Of a DNA stretch of 64,000 nt, positions 17,172 to 26,618 are shown piece by piece; positions within the stretch are counted from its first letter, which is position 1; the number at the start of each line of letters is the position of its first letter. The translations under genes and the position numbers were made by a program. The DNA is from Thermodesulfobacteriota bacterium (GTDB lineage Bacteria > Desulfobacterota > Deferrimicrobia > Deferrimicrobiales > Deferrimicrobiaceae), in contig JBFLWB010000144.1 in NCBI GenBank assembly GCA_040758155.1, positions 5,481 through 69,480 on the forward strand. The letters are read 5' to 3'. The notes under the pieces were generated by a model. It was given only the letters and a program-made list of their open reading frames with translations, made no database searches and was not told where the DNA came from.

Positions 17172-17950
17172 GTCCGCGGAGCCTCCGCCTCCAGTGCCGA
17201 CAGCGCGGCGCCGAGGGCGCCGACGAGCTGCGGGTCGGGGACCACGGCAACAGGCGCGCCCAGCGCCTGCGACAGGGCGTCCACCATCGCCGGGTTCAGC
17301 GCGACGCCGCCGCTCATGAACACCCTGGCCCCCGCGGGGACCGGGCCGACCAGCGAAGCCACCCGGCTCGCAAGCGCCGCGTGCAGCCCCTTGACGATGT
17401 CCTCCACCGGCTCTCCGCGCGCGACAAGGGAGACGACTTCGCTCTCCGCGAAGACGGTGCAGGTGCTGGTCACAGGGACCGTGCGGGAGGCGCGCGCGAC
17501 GTATTGCGCCACCTCGCCCGGCGGCACCCGGAGCCGCGCCAGGACGACTTCCAGGAAGCGGCCGGTTCCGGCGGCGCACTTGTCGTTCATCGCGAAGTCG
17601 AGGACGGTTCCGCCCGGCCCGACGCGGACGACCTTCGTGTCCTGCCCGCCGACGTCCACCAGGATGCCGGGCTCCCGGGTCCGGAAGAAGGCGCCCCGGG
17701 CGTGGCAGGTGATCTCGGTGAGCGCCCGGGTTGCGGCGACGCGTCTGCGGCCGTAGCCCGTCGCGCCGACGGGAACCGCAGGAACGCCGCCTTCCGCGCC
17801 GAGGGAGGCGAGCGCCCGTGCCGCCTGCTCCTCGATGCGGGGGTCGGCCGGCTCGAGGAAGGAGGCGACGATCCGTCCTTCGCCGTCGATGGCGACCGCC
17901 TTGAAGGTCGTGCTGCCGGCGTCGACGCCGACGGATGCGGGAGCGCTCAT
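17168..17950 (-). CDS. CoA-substrate-specific enzyme activase (BadF/BadG/BcrA/BcrD-type ATPase, HgdC-like)
   Basis: Contains VGVDAGSTTFKAVAID and the diagnostic MNDKCAAGTGRFLE motif. The protein is 260 aa. Confidence 0.85.
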   Translation of the reverse strand: MSAPASVGVDAGSTTFKAVAIDGEGRIVASFLEPADPRIEEQAARALASLGAEGGVPAVPVGATGYGRRRVAATRALTEITCHARGAFFRTREPGILVDVGGQDTKVVRVGPGGTVLDFAMNDKCAAGTGRFLEVVLARLRVPPGEVAQYVARASRTVPVTSTCTVFAESEVVSLVARGEPVEDIVKGLHAALASRVASLVGPVPAGARVFMSGGVALNPAMVDALSQALGAPVAVVPDPQLVGALGAALSALEAEAPRT

Positions 17951-19272
17951 TCGAACCCCTCCATGAAGGCCTGCAGGCGGTGATCGGCCTGTTCCTCCGA
18001 CCAGGCGCGCGGATCCGCGTGGTCCGCCTCCAGCAGCAGCGCCCGGACCCCCGCCTCCGAGACGAGGCGTCTCTGGAGGTCCACCTGGCCGATCGAGTAC
18101 GGCTTGCACGAGCGGTCGCTGTGAAGGATCGCGCCGGCAGCGCCGTACTCCCGGCAAAGCCGCTTCATGAGGGCGAGCCGGTACGGAAGGTCCCGGTTGA
18201 GGAACACGTGCAGATAGGCGCGCGCCATGGAACCTTCGGGATCGGAGGGATCGACCAGGGCGCCGGCATCGGCCCAGGCGCTCGTGTAGGTGGAGCAGAC
18301 GATGTTGAACCCGTTTTCCGCAAGCCGGGTGGAAAGCTCGCGGAGCCGGAACCACACGGGCAGGTTGTCCCAGAGCAGTCGCACCCGCTCGTCCGCGATG
18401 CCGCCCACGCCGCGCGCGGCGCGGTCCTTCAGCTCGTCCCGGAGCATCCGGTAATAGCGGTTGCACTCGGCGGTGCCGCGGATGGCGACGATCGGGGCCA
18501 GGTGGAAGAACGCGTCGAACCCGGTCCATGGGGACGGCCTCGCCCGACCGGCCTCCAGGCACTCCCCCCAGAGCAGCGAGCCTTCGCGGGAGCGGCGCAG
18601 CGTTTCGGCCAGCGCTTCCCGGTCCAGCCTGCGGCGAGCGATCCGTTCCGCCGTCGCGGCGAGCTCCAGAAGCTGCTCCGCGACGTAGTCCAGGTGACGC
18701 GGCTTCGCCTCGCCGTACAGGAATGGGGCATCGATGACGACGAGTGGGACGCGGAAGCGGTCCGCGAGGGCTCGGTACCAGTAAAGGACCGTCTGGCAGA
18801 TGTTCGTGCAGCAGCAGAGCAGGTCGGGGCGGGGGAGGCGCCCCACGGGGGTCGTCCCCGTGACGGCGCAGCCGATGTCGGCGCGCGCGTAGCCGCAGAG
18901 GTCCCTCGAATAGCCGAGCCGCTCCACCGCCGCGGAAAGGTCCGGGACCATGCGCTTCACCGAGCAGATCGCGGCGTGGTTTTCAGGGTAGACCGTATGG
19001 AATCCGAGCGCCCGCAGAATCTCGACGGGGAAGCCGGAGGTGACCCAGGCGACCGGAACGGCGCCGTCGGCGTACCGGCCCGCAAGGTAATGGAGGGAGG
19101 TCAGCTCCTTCAGCTTGCGCGTGGATTCCAGGGGGGGGCCGAAGGGACCGGTCGGACGTGTCCTACCCTTGCGCCCCGCGCGCGCACGGATCCGCGAAAC
19201 CGCGGAGACCGCGGACAAGGCCGCTCCACCGTATCGCGCCAGTGCTTCATATTGAATCCTTCGTAATATCAA
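17947..19272 (-). CDS. 2-hydroxyacyl-CoA dehydratase / benzoyl-CoA reductase B-C family subunit (HgdA-like)
   Basis: A 441-aa protein with an N-terminal VAWVTSGFPVEILRALGFHTVYPENHAAI pattern and the conserved Cys spacing of the HgdAB/BcrBC family. Its stop overlaps the activase start. Confidence 0.7.
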   Translation of the reverse strand: MILRRIQYEALARYGGAALSAVSAVSRIRARAGRKGRTRPTGPFGPPLESTRKLKELTSLHYLAGRYADGAVPVAWVTSGFPVEILRALGFHTVYPENHAAICSVKRMVPDLSAAVERLGYSRDLCGYARADIGCAVTGTTPVGRLPRPDLLCCCTNICQTVLYWYRALADRFRVPLVVIDAPFLYGEAKPRHLDYVAEQLLELAATAERIARRRLDREALAETLRRSREGSLLWGECLEAGRARPSPWTGFDAFFHLAPIVAIRGTAECNRYYRMLRDELKDRAARGVGGIADERVRLLWDNLPVWFRLRELSTRLAENGFNIVCSTYTSAWADAGALVDPSDPEGSMARAYLHVFLNRDLPYRLALMKRLCREYGAAGAILHSDRSCKPYSIGQVDLQRRLVSEAGVRALLLEADHADPRAWSEEQADHRLQAFMEGFE

Positions 19273-20363
19273 TTTGATGGATACCTATATTTTAAGTTCT
19301 CCACGAATGCTTCCAGTCGGGTGGCTGCCTGTGCGGGCATCTCCTTTTCCAGCCCGGTTTCCAGCAGCAGCACAGGCGCGCCGAGACCGGCGAACCGCTG
19401 CAGGATCGCGGGGACGTCGAAGCTTTCAGGCTCGCAGAATTTCGGGATGTGAACGACAAGCCCCGCGGAACCCGACCGCCGATACAGCCCCTCCAGGTAA
19501 GCCATCCTGCGCACCAGGTCCGCAGAGCGGGTCGGGCAGGGAGGCAGCCGGAACGGAAGGACGGAAAGCCGGTCGAGCGGGTCCGCGTCCTCATCTTCCG
19601 AAGGAAGGGGGATTCGTCGCCCGATCGCGGCGTAATCGTCGGCGGCCACGTAGGCGCCCGCGGCGTCCAGAAGATCGAAGAGGGTCATGGGCTCCGGAAC
19701 ATAACCGGTGACCATCAGGGGGATCCCGCTCCTGCGGCGCCCTTCGCGGATCCCGCGCACGGCGTCCTCCAGCTCCGCGAGGTGATCTTCGGGCCAGAGA
19801 TATTCGCCCCGGCGGAGCAGGCGGTACAAAGCGCCGTCGTCCGTCTCGAGATATGCGCGCCGGGACAGCAGCGTCCCGCGTAGACGGTCGATCTTGGCTT
19901 GAAGCGCTATCGCCTCCCGGAGCCGGCCGGCATCCGGCGGTTTGCCGGTCAGGCGGGAAAGCTCCCCGGCCAGCGCCTCCAGCTCCGAGCGGACGAATTT
20001 CCTTGCGGAAGGGCGGTCCTCCCCCTTCGGGTGATGGTATCGGAACGCCGGCTTCTCCCAGCCGCCGAGGTCGGGGGCGAGGGTCGCCAGCCCCTGGAGG
20101 GCGTCGCAGGTGTGGGGGATCAGGAGCGCGTCCGCATCCTTCCCCCCGCCCGACGCGAGGAACGCGAGGGCGTTGCGCGCCACGGCGCATACGTAGCTCT
20201 GGATGCGCCCGGAATCCGGCCCGCGGGGAGGGCCGGGCGGGCCCCACAGCTCCACCGCGTGGACATCCATCGCGGTGAGCAGCTCCCGCGGGTAGAACAC
20301 CGGCAGGACGATCGCGGTCTTCCTGCCGAGTTCCTTCTGCCGGGCGATGACTTCAGTTCGCAT
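19269..20363 (-). CDS. 2-hydroxyacyl-CoA dehydratase / benzoyl-CoA reductase B-C family subunit (HgdB-like)
   Basis: A 364-aa protein with AIVLPVFYPRELLTAMDVHAVELWG and LIPHTCDALQG, patterns typical of this family. Translationally coupled to the downstream subunit. Confidence 0.7.
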   Translation of the reverse strand: MRTEVIARQKELGRKTAIVLPVFYPRELLTAMDVHAVELWGPPGPPRGPDSGRIQSYVCAVARNALAFLASGGGKDADALLIPHTCDALQGLATLAPDLGGWEKPAFRYHHPKGEDRPSARKFVRSELEALAGELSRLTGKPPDAGRLREAIALQAKIDRLRGTLLSRRAYLETDDGALYRLLRRGEYLWPEDHLAELEDAVRGIREGRRRSGIPLMVTGYVPEPMTLFDLLDAAGAYVAADDYAAIGRRIPLPSEDEDADPLDRLSVLPFRLPPCPTRSADLVRRMAYLEGLYRRSGSAGLVVHIPKFCEPESFDVPAILQRFAGLGAPVLLLETGLEKEMPAQAATRLEAFVENLKYRYPSN

Positions 20364-20466
20364 GGGCGAATTACCTCATAATCGATTATCTCCCGCAAGG
20401 GCGCCGGATGTGACCGCGCGGCACGGCTGATATATAATCCGGACATCCCAACGGGAGGGGACGGAA

Positions 20467-21288
20467 ATGGGGAAGAGGACAGGGAAGGGGATCGTTGCTC
20501 TCGCGTTCCTGGCCGCGGCGGTTGCGGCGTTTTCGGGGGCGTCCTTCGCGGCCGGCCTCGCGCCCGCCAGCGTCGAATACTCGGCGGACCGCCATGTGAC
20601 CACGGGATCGGGTGAAGCCATGACGGGGAAGGTCCACGCCGCCCCGGGGAAGGAGCGCAACGAGTTCGGGGCGGGGGCCGTCAGCATCATGCGCATGGAC
20701 AAGAAGGTCATGTGGACGCTGATGCCCGATCAGAAGAAGTACATGGAGCACAAGTTCGGCGAGAGTACCGCGAAACGGGACCCGGGGAACATCCAGGATT
20801 GCGACGTGAAGCAGACGGCCGCGGGCGAGGAGACGCTCGACGGGTTCAGGACGAGGAAAAGCACGATCGAGGTTTCCTGCCCGGGCAAGGAGAAGTTCGG
20901 CGGGACGATGTGGATCACGAAGGAAAACATCGTGATGCGGATGGAGACCGACGTGAAGACCTCCGGGGCAAAGAAGGAGAAGTTCCGGATGGAGCTGAAA
21001 AACCTGAAGATCGGGAAGCAGGACCCCGCGCTGTTCGAGATCCCGAAGGGATACGAGAAGTTCGAGGTTCCCTCGATCGGGAACATCCAGCAGATGTTCC
21101 GGGACCAGGCGGCGAAGGACGAACAGCGCCGCAGGGAGCAGGAAGAGGCGAAGGCGAGGGAGAGGGAAGAAGCCGCGGCGAAGGCCCGGGAGACCGGCCG
21201 CTCCTATTCCGCGCAGCCCCGGGAGCAGACCCCGCTCGAGTCGGGCGTCGACAAGGCGAAGAAGCTCAAGAACCTGCTGGGCTGGTGA
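20467..21288 (+). CDS. Secreted hypothetical protein (DUF4412-like) with a charged KE-rich C-terminal tail
   Basis: A signal peptide is followed by a beta-rich domain and a low-complexity QRRREQEEAKAREREEAAAKARE tail. GC content is lower than in flanking genes. Confidence 0.6.
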   Translation: MGKRTGKGIVALAFLAAAVAAFSGASFAAGLAPASVEYSADRHVTTGSGEAMTGKVHAAPGKERNEFGAGAVSIMRMDKKVMWTLMPDQKKYMEHKFGESTAKRDPGNIQDCDVKQTAAGEETLDGFRTRKSTIEVSCPGKEKFGGTMWITKENIVMRMETDVKTSGAKKEKFRMELKNLKIGKQDPALFEIPKGYEKFEVPSIGNIQQMFRDQAAKDEQRRREQEEAKAREREEAAAKARETGRSYSAQPREQTPLESGVDKAKKLKNLLGW

Positions 21289-22118
21289 TACGCGCGCCGA
21301 AGATCGTTTTGATCGCCTGCCTGCTGGCGGCGGCTTCGCCGGCCCGGGCGGGCGAAAGGCGGCCTGACCCCTTTCCGGGGGTCGCCGCCTCCTACCTGCT
21401 GAAAGTTGACGGGACGGCGGTCTGGGAGCATTCGCCGGACCGCCGCCTGCCTCCCGCGAGCCTCACGAAGATGATGACGGCGCTGCTCGTCCTGGAGCGC
21501 GGACGCCTCGGCGAGGTGGCGACGGTCAGCCGGGCGGCCGCGGCGGAGACCGGCGCGCGGATCGGCCTTAAGCCCGGCGACCGGCTGCGCGTCGCCGAGC
21601 TGCTTGCCGCGACGCTTCTGCGGTCGGCAAACGACGCCGCCCACGCCCTGGCGGAGCACGTGGACGGGACGGAAGGGCGGTTCGTGAAGCGCATGAACGC
21701 CCGGGCGGCGGCCCTCGGGATGCGCAATACCCGCTTCGCCAACGCGTCGGGGCGCCACCATCCCGGCCACTACTCGACGGCGAACGACCTCGCCCTGCTC
21801 GCGGAGGCAGCGCTCGCGGACGACCGGTTCGCGCGGCTCGTCGCGCAGGTGCGCCTCGACATCGAAAACGCCGACGGCAGCCGGACGTTTCCGCTGGAAA
21901 ACGGCAACGAGATGGTGGGGCGGTACCGGGGCGCGGTCGGAGTGAAGACCGGCTACACCCGGGAGGCGGGACCTTGCCTCGTCGTTCTGGCGGAGCGCGG
22001 CCCCAACCGCGTCCTCCTCGTCCTGCTGAACGCGCCGAACCGGTGGTGGGACGCCGTCGGGATGCTGGACAACGCATTCTCCCTGGCCGCGGCGGGGGGC
22101 GCGACGCCGCGGCCATGA
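21285..22118 (+). CDS. D-alanyl-D-alanine carboxypeptidase (peptidase S11, PBP5-like)
   Basis: Contains the SLTKMMT (SxxK), SANDAA (SxN) and KTGYT (KTG) motifs and a signal-like N-terminus. The GTG start overlaps the preceding stop; the upstream part of ORF 20712..22118 is non-coding overlap. Confidence 0.8.
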   Translation: MIRAPKIVLIACLLAAASPARAGERRPDPFPGVAASYLLKVDGTAVWEHSPDRRLPPASLTKMMTALLVLERGRLGEVATVSRAAAAETGARIGLKPGDRLRVAELLAATLLRSANDAAHALAEHVDGTEGRFVKRMNARAAALGMRNTRFANASGRHHPGHYSTANDLALLAEAALADDRFARLVAQVRLDIENADGSRTFPLENGNEMVGRYRGAVGVKTGYTREAGPCLVVLAERGPNRVLLVLLNAPNRWWDAVGMLDNAFSLAAAGGATPRP

Positions 22119-23479
22119 ACCGGAAGGGATGGGCAGGAACGGCGGCGCTGTTGGGCGGCGTGGCCGTCGCGTACGCCAACTCGCTCTCCGGCTCCTTCCA
22201 GTACGACGACTTCAACGTGATCGTGGACAACCCCTCGGTCCATTCGCTCCGGGCCTGGCTTTCCGGGGCCGCCGGGGGAATCCGGCCGCTCCTGAAGCTG
22301 TCCTATGCGCTGAACCGGACCGTGGGCACGGGGCCGTTCGGATTCCACCTGGTCAACACGGCGGTGCACGCGGCGAACGTATGCCTCGTCTACGCGCTGT
22401 CACGGAGGATCCTCCCGGCGAGAAATGGAACGCAGGCCGACGGGATCGCGCCGGGCCCCTTCATCGCTGCGCTGCTGTTCGCCCTCCACCCGATCCAGAC
22501 CGAAGCGGTCACTTACGTCAGCGGCCGGTCGATGTCGCTCATGGCTTTCTTCTACCTGGCAAGCCTGCTGTGCTACGTCCGCGGGGTGGAGGAGAACGAC
22601 CGGGCGCGCATCTACTTCGCCTCACCGTCGCTGTTCCTCCTTGCGCTGCTGACACGGGAAACCGCGGCGACGCTCCCTGCGGCGCTACTTTTATGGGAGA
22701 CCGCCGCGCCGGGACGGAGGGCGGTATTCCGGGAATCCGCGCGGAGGCAATCCGTCCACTGGGCGCTTCTCGCCTGCGCGGCGGCCTGGTTCCTGCTGCA
22801 TCCCGCGTACGGGAAGATCTGGGGCGCCCGGATCGTGTCCGGCGACATGGCGGGAGCCGCGATCGCGCAGGTGCGCGGCGTATCCTACCTCCTGTCGCGT
22901 CTCGCCATGGCGCACCGGCTGAGCATCGATCCCGATATCGCGGTCCCGGGCGCATGGACGCTCCTGACCGGAGCGGAAGGGGTCCTCCTCCTGTCGCTGG
23001 CCGCGGCGGGAGTCGCCGCATGGCGCAGATTCCCGGCGGTCGCCTTCGGGATCCTGTGGTTCTTCCTGCACCTTGCGCCCGCGTATTCCTTCATCCGGCG
23101 GCTGGACGTCGCCAGCGAGCGCCACCTGTATCTCGCGTGCTGGGGAATCTTCCTGGCGGTCGGCGCGTGGGCGGGGACCTTGCGGACGGCCCATTGGGTG
23201 CCCGTTGCGGTCCTGGGCGGCATCCTGCTGACGGTCCTCACGATCGCACGGAACCACGAATACCGGTCCGAGGTCGCCCTTTGGGAAAAGGAGGTACGGC
23301 TTTTTCCCGCCAATCCCCGCGCGCGCAACAACCTCGGCTACGCGTACCAGCAGGCGGGGCGGCGGGAAGATGCGATAGGCTGTTACAGGGAGGCGCTTCG
23401 CCTCGACCCGGGCCACCGGCGCGCCCGGGGCAACCTTGCCGTCCTGACGGGGGATGCGCCGCAGGAAGGGGAATACTAG
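22115..23479 (+). CDS. Integral membrane DUF1736 (TMTC-like) protein with C-terminal TPR repeats
   Basis: Has the YANSLSGSFQYDDFNVIVDNPSV motif, multiple TM helices and a C-terminal TPR region (NNLGYAYQQAGRREDAIGCYREALRLDP). The ATG overlaps the preceding stop. Confidence 0.75.
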   Translation: MNRKGWAGTAALLGGVAVAYANSLSGSFQYDDFNVIVDNPSVHSLRAWLSGAAGGIRPLLKLSYALNRTVGTGPFGFHLVNTAVHAANVCLVYALSRRILPARNGTQADGIAPGPFIAALLFALHPIQTEAVTYVSGRSMSLMAFFYLASLLCYVRGVEENDRARIYFASPSLFLLALLTRETAATLPAALLLWETAAPGRRAVFRESARRQSVHWALLACAAAWFLLHPAYGKIWGARIVSGDMAGAAIAQVRGVSYLLSRLAMAHRLSIDPDIAVPGAWTLLTGAEGVLLLSLAAAGVAAWRRFPAVAFGILWFFLHLAPAYSFIRRLDVASERHLYLACWGIFLAVGAWAGTLRTAHWVPVAVLGGILLTVLTIARNHEYRSEVALWEKEVRLFPANPRARNNLGYAYQQAGRREDAIGCYREALRLDPGHRRARGNLAVLTGDAPQEGEY

Positions 23480-23480
23480 G

Positions 23481-24317
23481 ATGGTCCCGTATTTCGAACC
23501 GATCAAGTTCCACCTGTTCGGCCCGGTGTACATCCACGTCTTCGGGTTGCTGGTCGCCGCGGCGGTGGTGACGGGGTGGTCGATCTCCCTGGCGCGCTGC
23601 CGCCGGGCGTCGCTGGATTCCGACGCCTGCAGGGACCTGATGACCTGGGCGATCGTCGTGGGCTTCGTGTCGGCCCATTTGTACTCGGTGATCGCCTATT
23701 TCCCGCAGGAGGCGGCGAGGAACCCGCTCCTGCTGCTCAAGTTGTGGGAGAACATCAGCTCCTTCGGGGGGATTGCGGGAGGCGTGCTGGGAATCTGGCT
23801 CTGGTTCCGCTTCCGGGGCGGCGGCGTCGGAACGACGGACAGGATCCGGTACCTCGACGCGGTCGCGTACGGTTTCACGTTCGCGTGGATCTTCGGGCGC
23901 CTTGGCTGCACGGTGGCGCACGACCATCCCGGCGTCGTGACTTCCTTCCCGCTGGCGGTCAGCCTGGAAACCCCGGAAGCGCAGGCGTTCATCGCATCGG
24001 TTTACAGGGCGGCGGGCCGTCTGGCGGAGCTCCCTCCGGCGGCGGAGCTGGCGAAACTCGGATACCACGACCTCGGCTGGTACGAATTCCTCTACACGCT
24101 GACGGTGATGGCGCCGGCCTTCCTGTGGCTGGGCCGGAAGGAGCGCAGGCCGGGGTACTTGTCGGTGGCGTTCCTTCTCCTCTACACTCCGGTGCGGTTC
24201 TTCCTGGATTTCCTTCGCCTGGCGGACGCGACGTATTACGGGCTGACTCCCGCCCAGTACGCCGCCGTTGCGGCGTTCGTCGCGGCGCTGGGTGCGGCGC
24301 GGAGGCTCACGCGCTAA
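23481..24317 (+). CDS. lgt: Prolipoprotein diacylglyceryl transferase (Lgt)
   Basis: Collinear with E. coli Lgt: PIKFHLFGPVYIHVFGLL, LWENISSFGGIAGGVLG, FGRLGC, YEFLYTL and the C-terminal VRFFLDFLR. Confidence 0.8.
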   Translation: MVPYFEPIKFHLFGPVYIHVFGLLVAAAVVTGWSISLARCRRASLDSDACRDLMTWAIVVGFVSAHLYSVIAYFPQEAARNPLLLLKLWENISSFGGIAGGVLGIWLWFRFRGGGVGTTDRIRYLDAVAYGFTFAWIFGRLGCTVAHDHPGVVTSFPLAVSLETPEAQAFIASVYRAAGRLAELPPAAELAKLGYHDLGWYEFLYTLTVMAPAFLWLGRKERRPGYLSVAFLLLYTPVRFFLDFLRLADATYYGLTPAQYAAVAAFVAALGAARRLTR

Positions 24318-25552
24318 TCGGGCGTCGTCCGCTCCCCGTCGACCGCGTCGGCGAGGCTCGAGACCTTGGCGACGACCGTCCGGTTCCTCCCTTTTCGCTT
24401 CGCCTCGTACAGGGCATGATCGGCCGCCTGCATCAGGTCGGTCGTGGTCTGCCCGTGGATGGGGAAGAACGCCAGCCCGCCGCTGATCGTCAGCCGGACG
24501 GGATCATTCACCCCCTGGATCCTCAGCTCGTCTTCGGCGATCCGGCTGCGGATGTTCTCGGAGTACCGGAGCGCCTGCTCCCGGGTCGTGGAGGTGATCA
24601 GCACCAGGAACTCGTCGCCGCCGTAGCGTCCGACGATGTCGGAGATGCGGGTGTATTTCTTCGTGATCTCGGCGACCCGCTGGATCACGGCGTCGCCCAC
24701 GGAATGCCCATAGGCATCGTTGATCGTCTTGAAACGGTCGATGTCGAACATGAAGAGGGAGAAGGACTGCTGGTAGTTCTCCGTCCGCCGGATCTCGCTC
24801 TCGAACCGCTGCAGGAAATGGAGGCGGGTGGACACTCCGGTGAGCTCGTCCCTCCACGCGCCGGTCCGGGTCGCGTCGGCGAGGGCCGCCTTCTCCATCG
24901 CGATGGAAAACAGGTCGGCCAGCATCGAGACGTATTTCCTCTCCTCCTCCAGGGAGTGCGGGCAGCCCGTGATGACGAGGACGCCGTTGATCCCGGTGGG
25001 GCCGAAGATCGGCGCCGCGAAGTCGGGAGGGATCCCGATCCGTTCCAGCGACCGGGACGAAACCCTCAGGCCGGAGCCGGCCAAGGGGTCGATCCGCGCG
25101 GCGACGATCTTTTTCTGGAGCGCGAGCCCCAGCAGTCCCTCGTCCGGAGCGACCCGGATCTTCCCCTGCCATTCCGCGGGATAACCCGTTCCCACCGCGA
25201 GCGTGAAGTCGGTAGAGCCCTCGAGGGGAGAAAAGTAGCCCACCTGGTCCGCGCCGAAGAGTTCCTTCGCTCCCCGTACCAGGATGGAAGGGAACGCGCT
25301 CTCCGGCAGCCTTTCGGTGAGGTTCTTCGCGATGACGGGAAGCCGGTCGGCGATTTCGGCCTTGCGGGAGAGCGTCTTTTTCAGGCCGCTCAGCTCTTCG
25401 CGGAGGGCGGCGGCCTGTTGGCGGGTCATGCGGTCCTGCGGGGGCTCTCCCGGGAACGGCCGCTTCCACAGCCTGCGCCCGCCGACGAGCGCCAGGAGCG
25501 CGACGGCGGCGGCGAAGACGACGACGATCAGGAGGAGGATGGTCGACGGCAT
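24314..25552 (-). CDS. Membrane-anchored diguanylate cyclase (TM + GAF-like + GGDEF)
   Basis: An N-terminal TM helix is followed by the GGDEF signature RYGGDEFLVLI and an RxxD I-site-like region. Confidence 0.85.
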   Translation of the reverse strand: MPSTILLLIVVVFAAAVALLALVGGRRLWKRPFPGEPPQDRMTRQQAAALREELSGLKKTLSRKAEIADRLPVIAKNLTERLPESAFPSILVRGAKELFGADQVGYFSPLEGSTDFTLAVGTGYPAEWQGKIRVAPDEGLLGLALQKKIVAARIDPLAGSGLRVSSRSLERIGIPPDFAAPIFGPTGINGVLVITGCPHSLEEERKYVSMLADLFSIAMEKAALADATRTGAWRDELTGVSTRLHFLQRFESEIRRTENYQQSFSLFMFDIDRFKTINDAYGHSVGDAVIQRVAEITKKYTRISDIVGRYGGDEFLVLITSTTREQALRYSENIRSRIAEDELRIQGVNDPVRLTISGGLAFFPIHGQTTTDLMQAADHALYEAKRKGRNRTVVAKVSSLADAVDGERTTPD

Positions 25553-25561
25553 GCCTTCCGC

Positions 25562-26572
25562 CTAATTCGCGGAGACGTCTTCGATCGAGCGAAGGATATT
25601 TTCCTGCGTGATCTCCTTGACTCCGTTCAGCCGCTTCACCTTCCCCGTCCGGGTGTCCGTCACGATGACCGCGGGCGTACCCGGGATCTTGTATTTCTGG
25701 ACCAGGGAGTAATGGTACTGCGTCCCCGCCATGACGTCCGTGAAGTTCAACGGAACGTATTTCACCCCGAGGGGGGAAACCGCCGCCTGCACGTCCTCGG
25801 GCGTCGGCTCCTTCGTCTTGAGCGCCAGCGCGGCGAGCGCCTCCCGGATCTGGAGATATTTCTCCTTTTCCTTGAACATGAACGACAGGTTGTAGGGGAT
25901 GAAGTTAATCGTCTCCCGGTGGATGGGATAATCCACGAAGACGACCTTCGCCTGCTTCATGGCCGCCTTCGCCCCTTTGAGGATCTCCGGTTCCGCAACG
26001 CGGCAAGCCGGGCAGAACCAGTCGCTTACGATGTACACCTCCCGCGTGCTGTCCGCGGGGCCGAAGGAGAGCATCTCCGGCGCCAGCCCGGCCGCGTGGG
26101 CGTCGGGGCGGGAGAGGCCCGCCGCGGTGACTCCCAGCCCGGCCAGGAATGCGAGAAGGACCAGCGCGCCGTGCACGGCGAATCGCTTCATGACGGTTTT
26201 CCTTTCCCTTTCAGGATACATGCGTTCCCTTTCGGCGAAGTACTCCTGCGCGATCAATGCGCTTCCGGCCGCCACGCAGAGGGCGACCCCAACGCACATG
26301 GGACACCATTTCCCGATCACGGCCCTCTGGATGTAGGTGAATACCGCCTCCGCTCCGAGCCCGCCTGAAAACAGGAGGGCGAGCGTCCCGAAATACGCGG
26401 CGTGCCGGCGACGCAGGAGACAGGCGGTCCCGCACAACGCGAAGTATGCGACTCCCAGGGGAGGGAGCGAAAATCCGAAAAGACGGTAGAGCGAAGTCTC
26501 CGCGCACGCCTCGGTGCAGACGCCGGCCCAGTCGAGGGCGGAGAGCGTCAGACCCGCGGCGATCGGCGCCAT
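25562..26572 (-). CDS. Vitamin K epoxide reductase (VKOR) domain fused to a periplasmic thioredoxin-like (DsbA-like) domain
   Basis: The VKOR membrane domain carries a CPMC active site. The C-terminal Trx-fold carries DWFCPACR (CxxC). The longer ORF to 26641 would overlap the PAP2 gene by 23 nt. Confidence 0.75.
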   Translation of the reverse strand: MAPIAAGLTLSALDWAGVCTEACAETSLYRLFGFSLPPLGVAYFALCGTACLLRRRHAAYFGTLALLFSGGLGAEAVFTYIQRAVIGKWCPMCVGVALCVAAGSALIAQEYFAERERMYPERERKTVMKRFAVHGALVLLAFLAGLGVTAAGLSRPDAHAAGLAPEMLSFGPADSTREVYIVSDWFCPACRVAEPEILKGAKAAMKQAKVVFVDYPIHRETINFIPYNLSFMFKEKEKYLQIREALAALALKTKEPTPEDVQAAVSPLGVKYVPLNFTDVMAGTQYHYSLVQKYKIPGTPAVIVTDTRTGKVKRLNGVKEITQENILRSIEDVSAN

Positions 26573-26618
26573 CGGCAGGTGGCTCCGCAGAATGCCCGGA
26601 GCGCGACCCGGGGCGGGG

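Noticed and set aside
23576-26368. 930-aa plus-strand ORF
   Set aside because: Antisense to the GGDEF and VKOR-Trx genes, with no domain signal.
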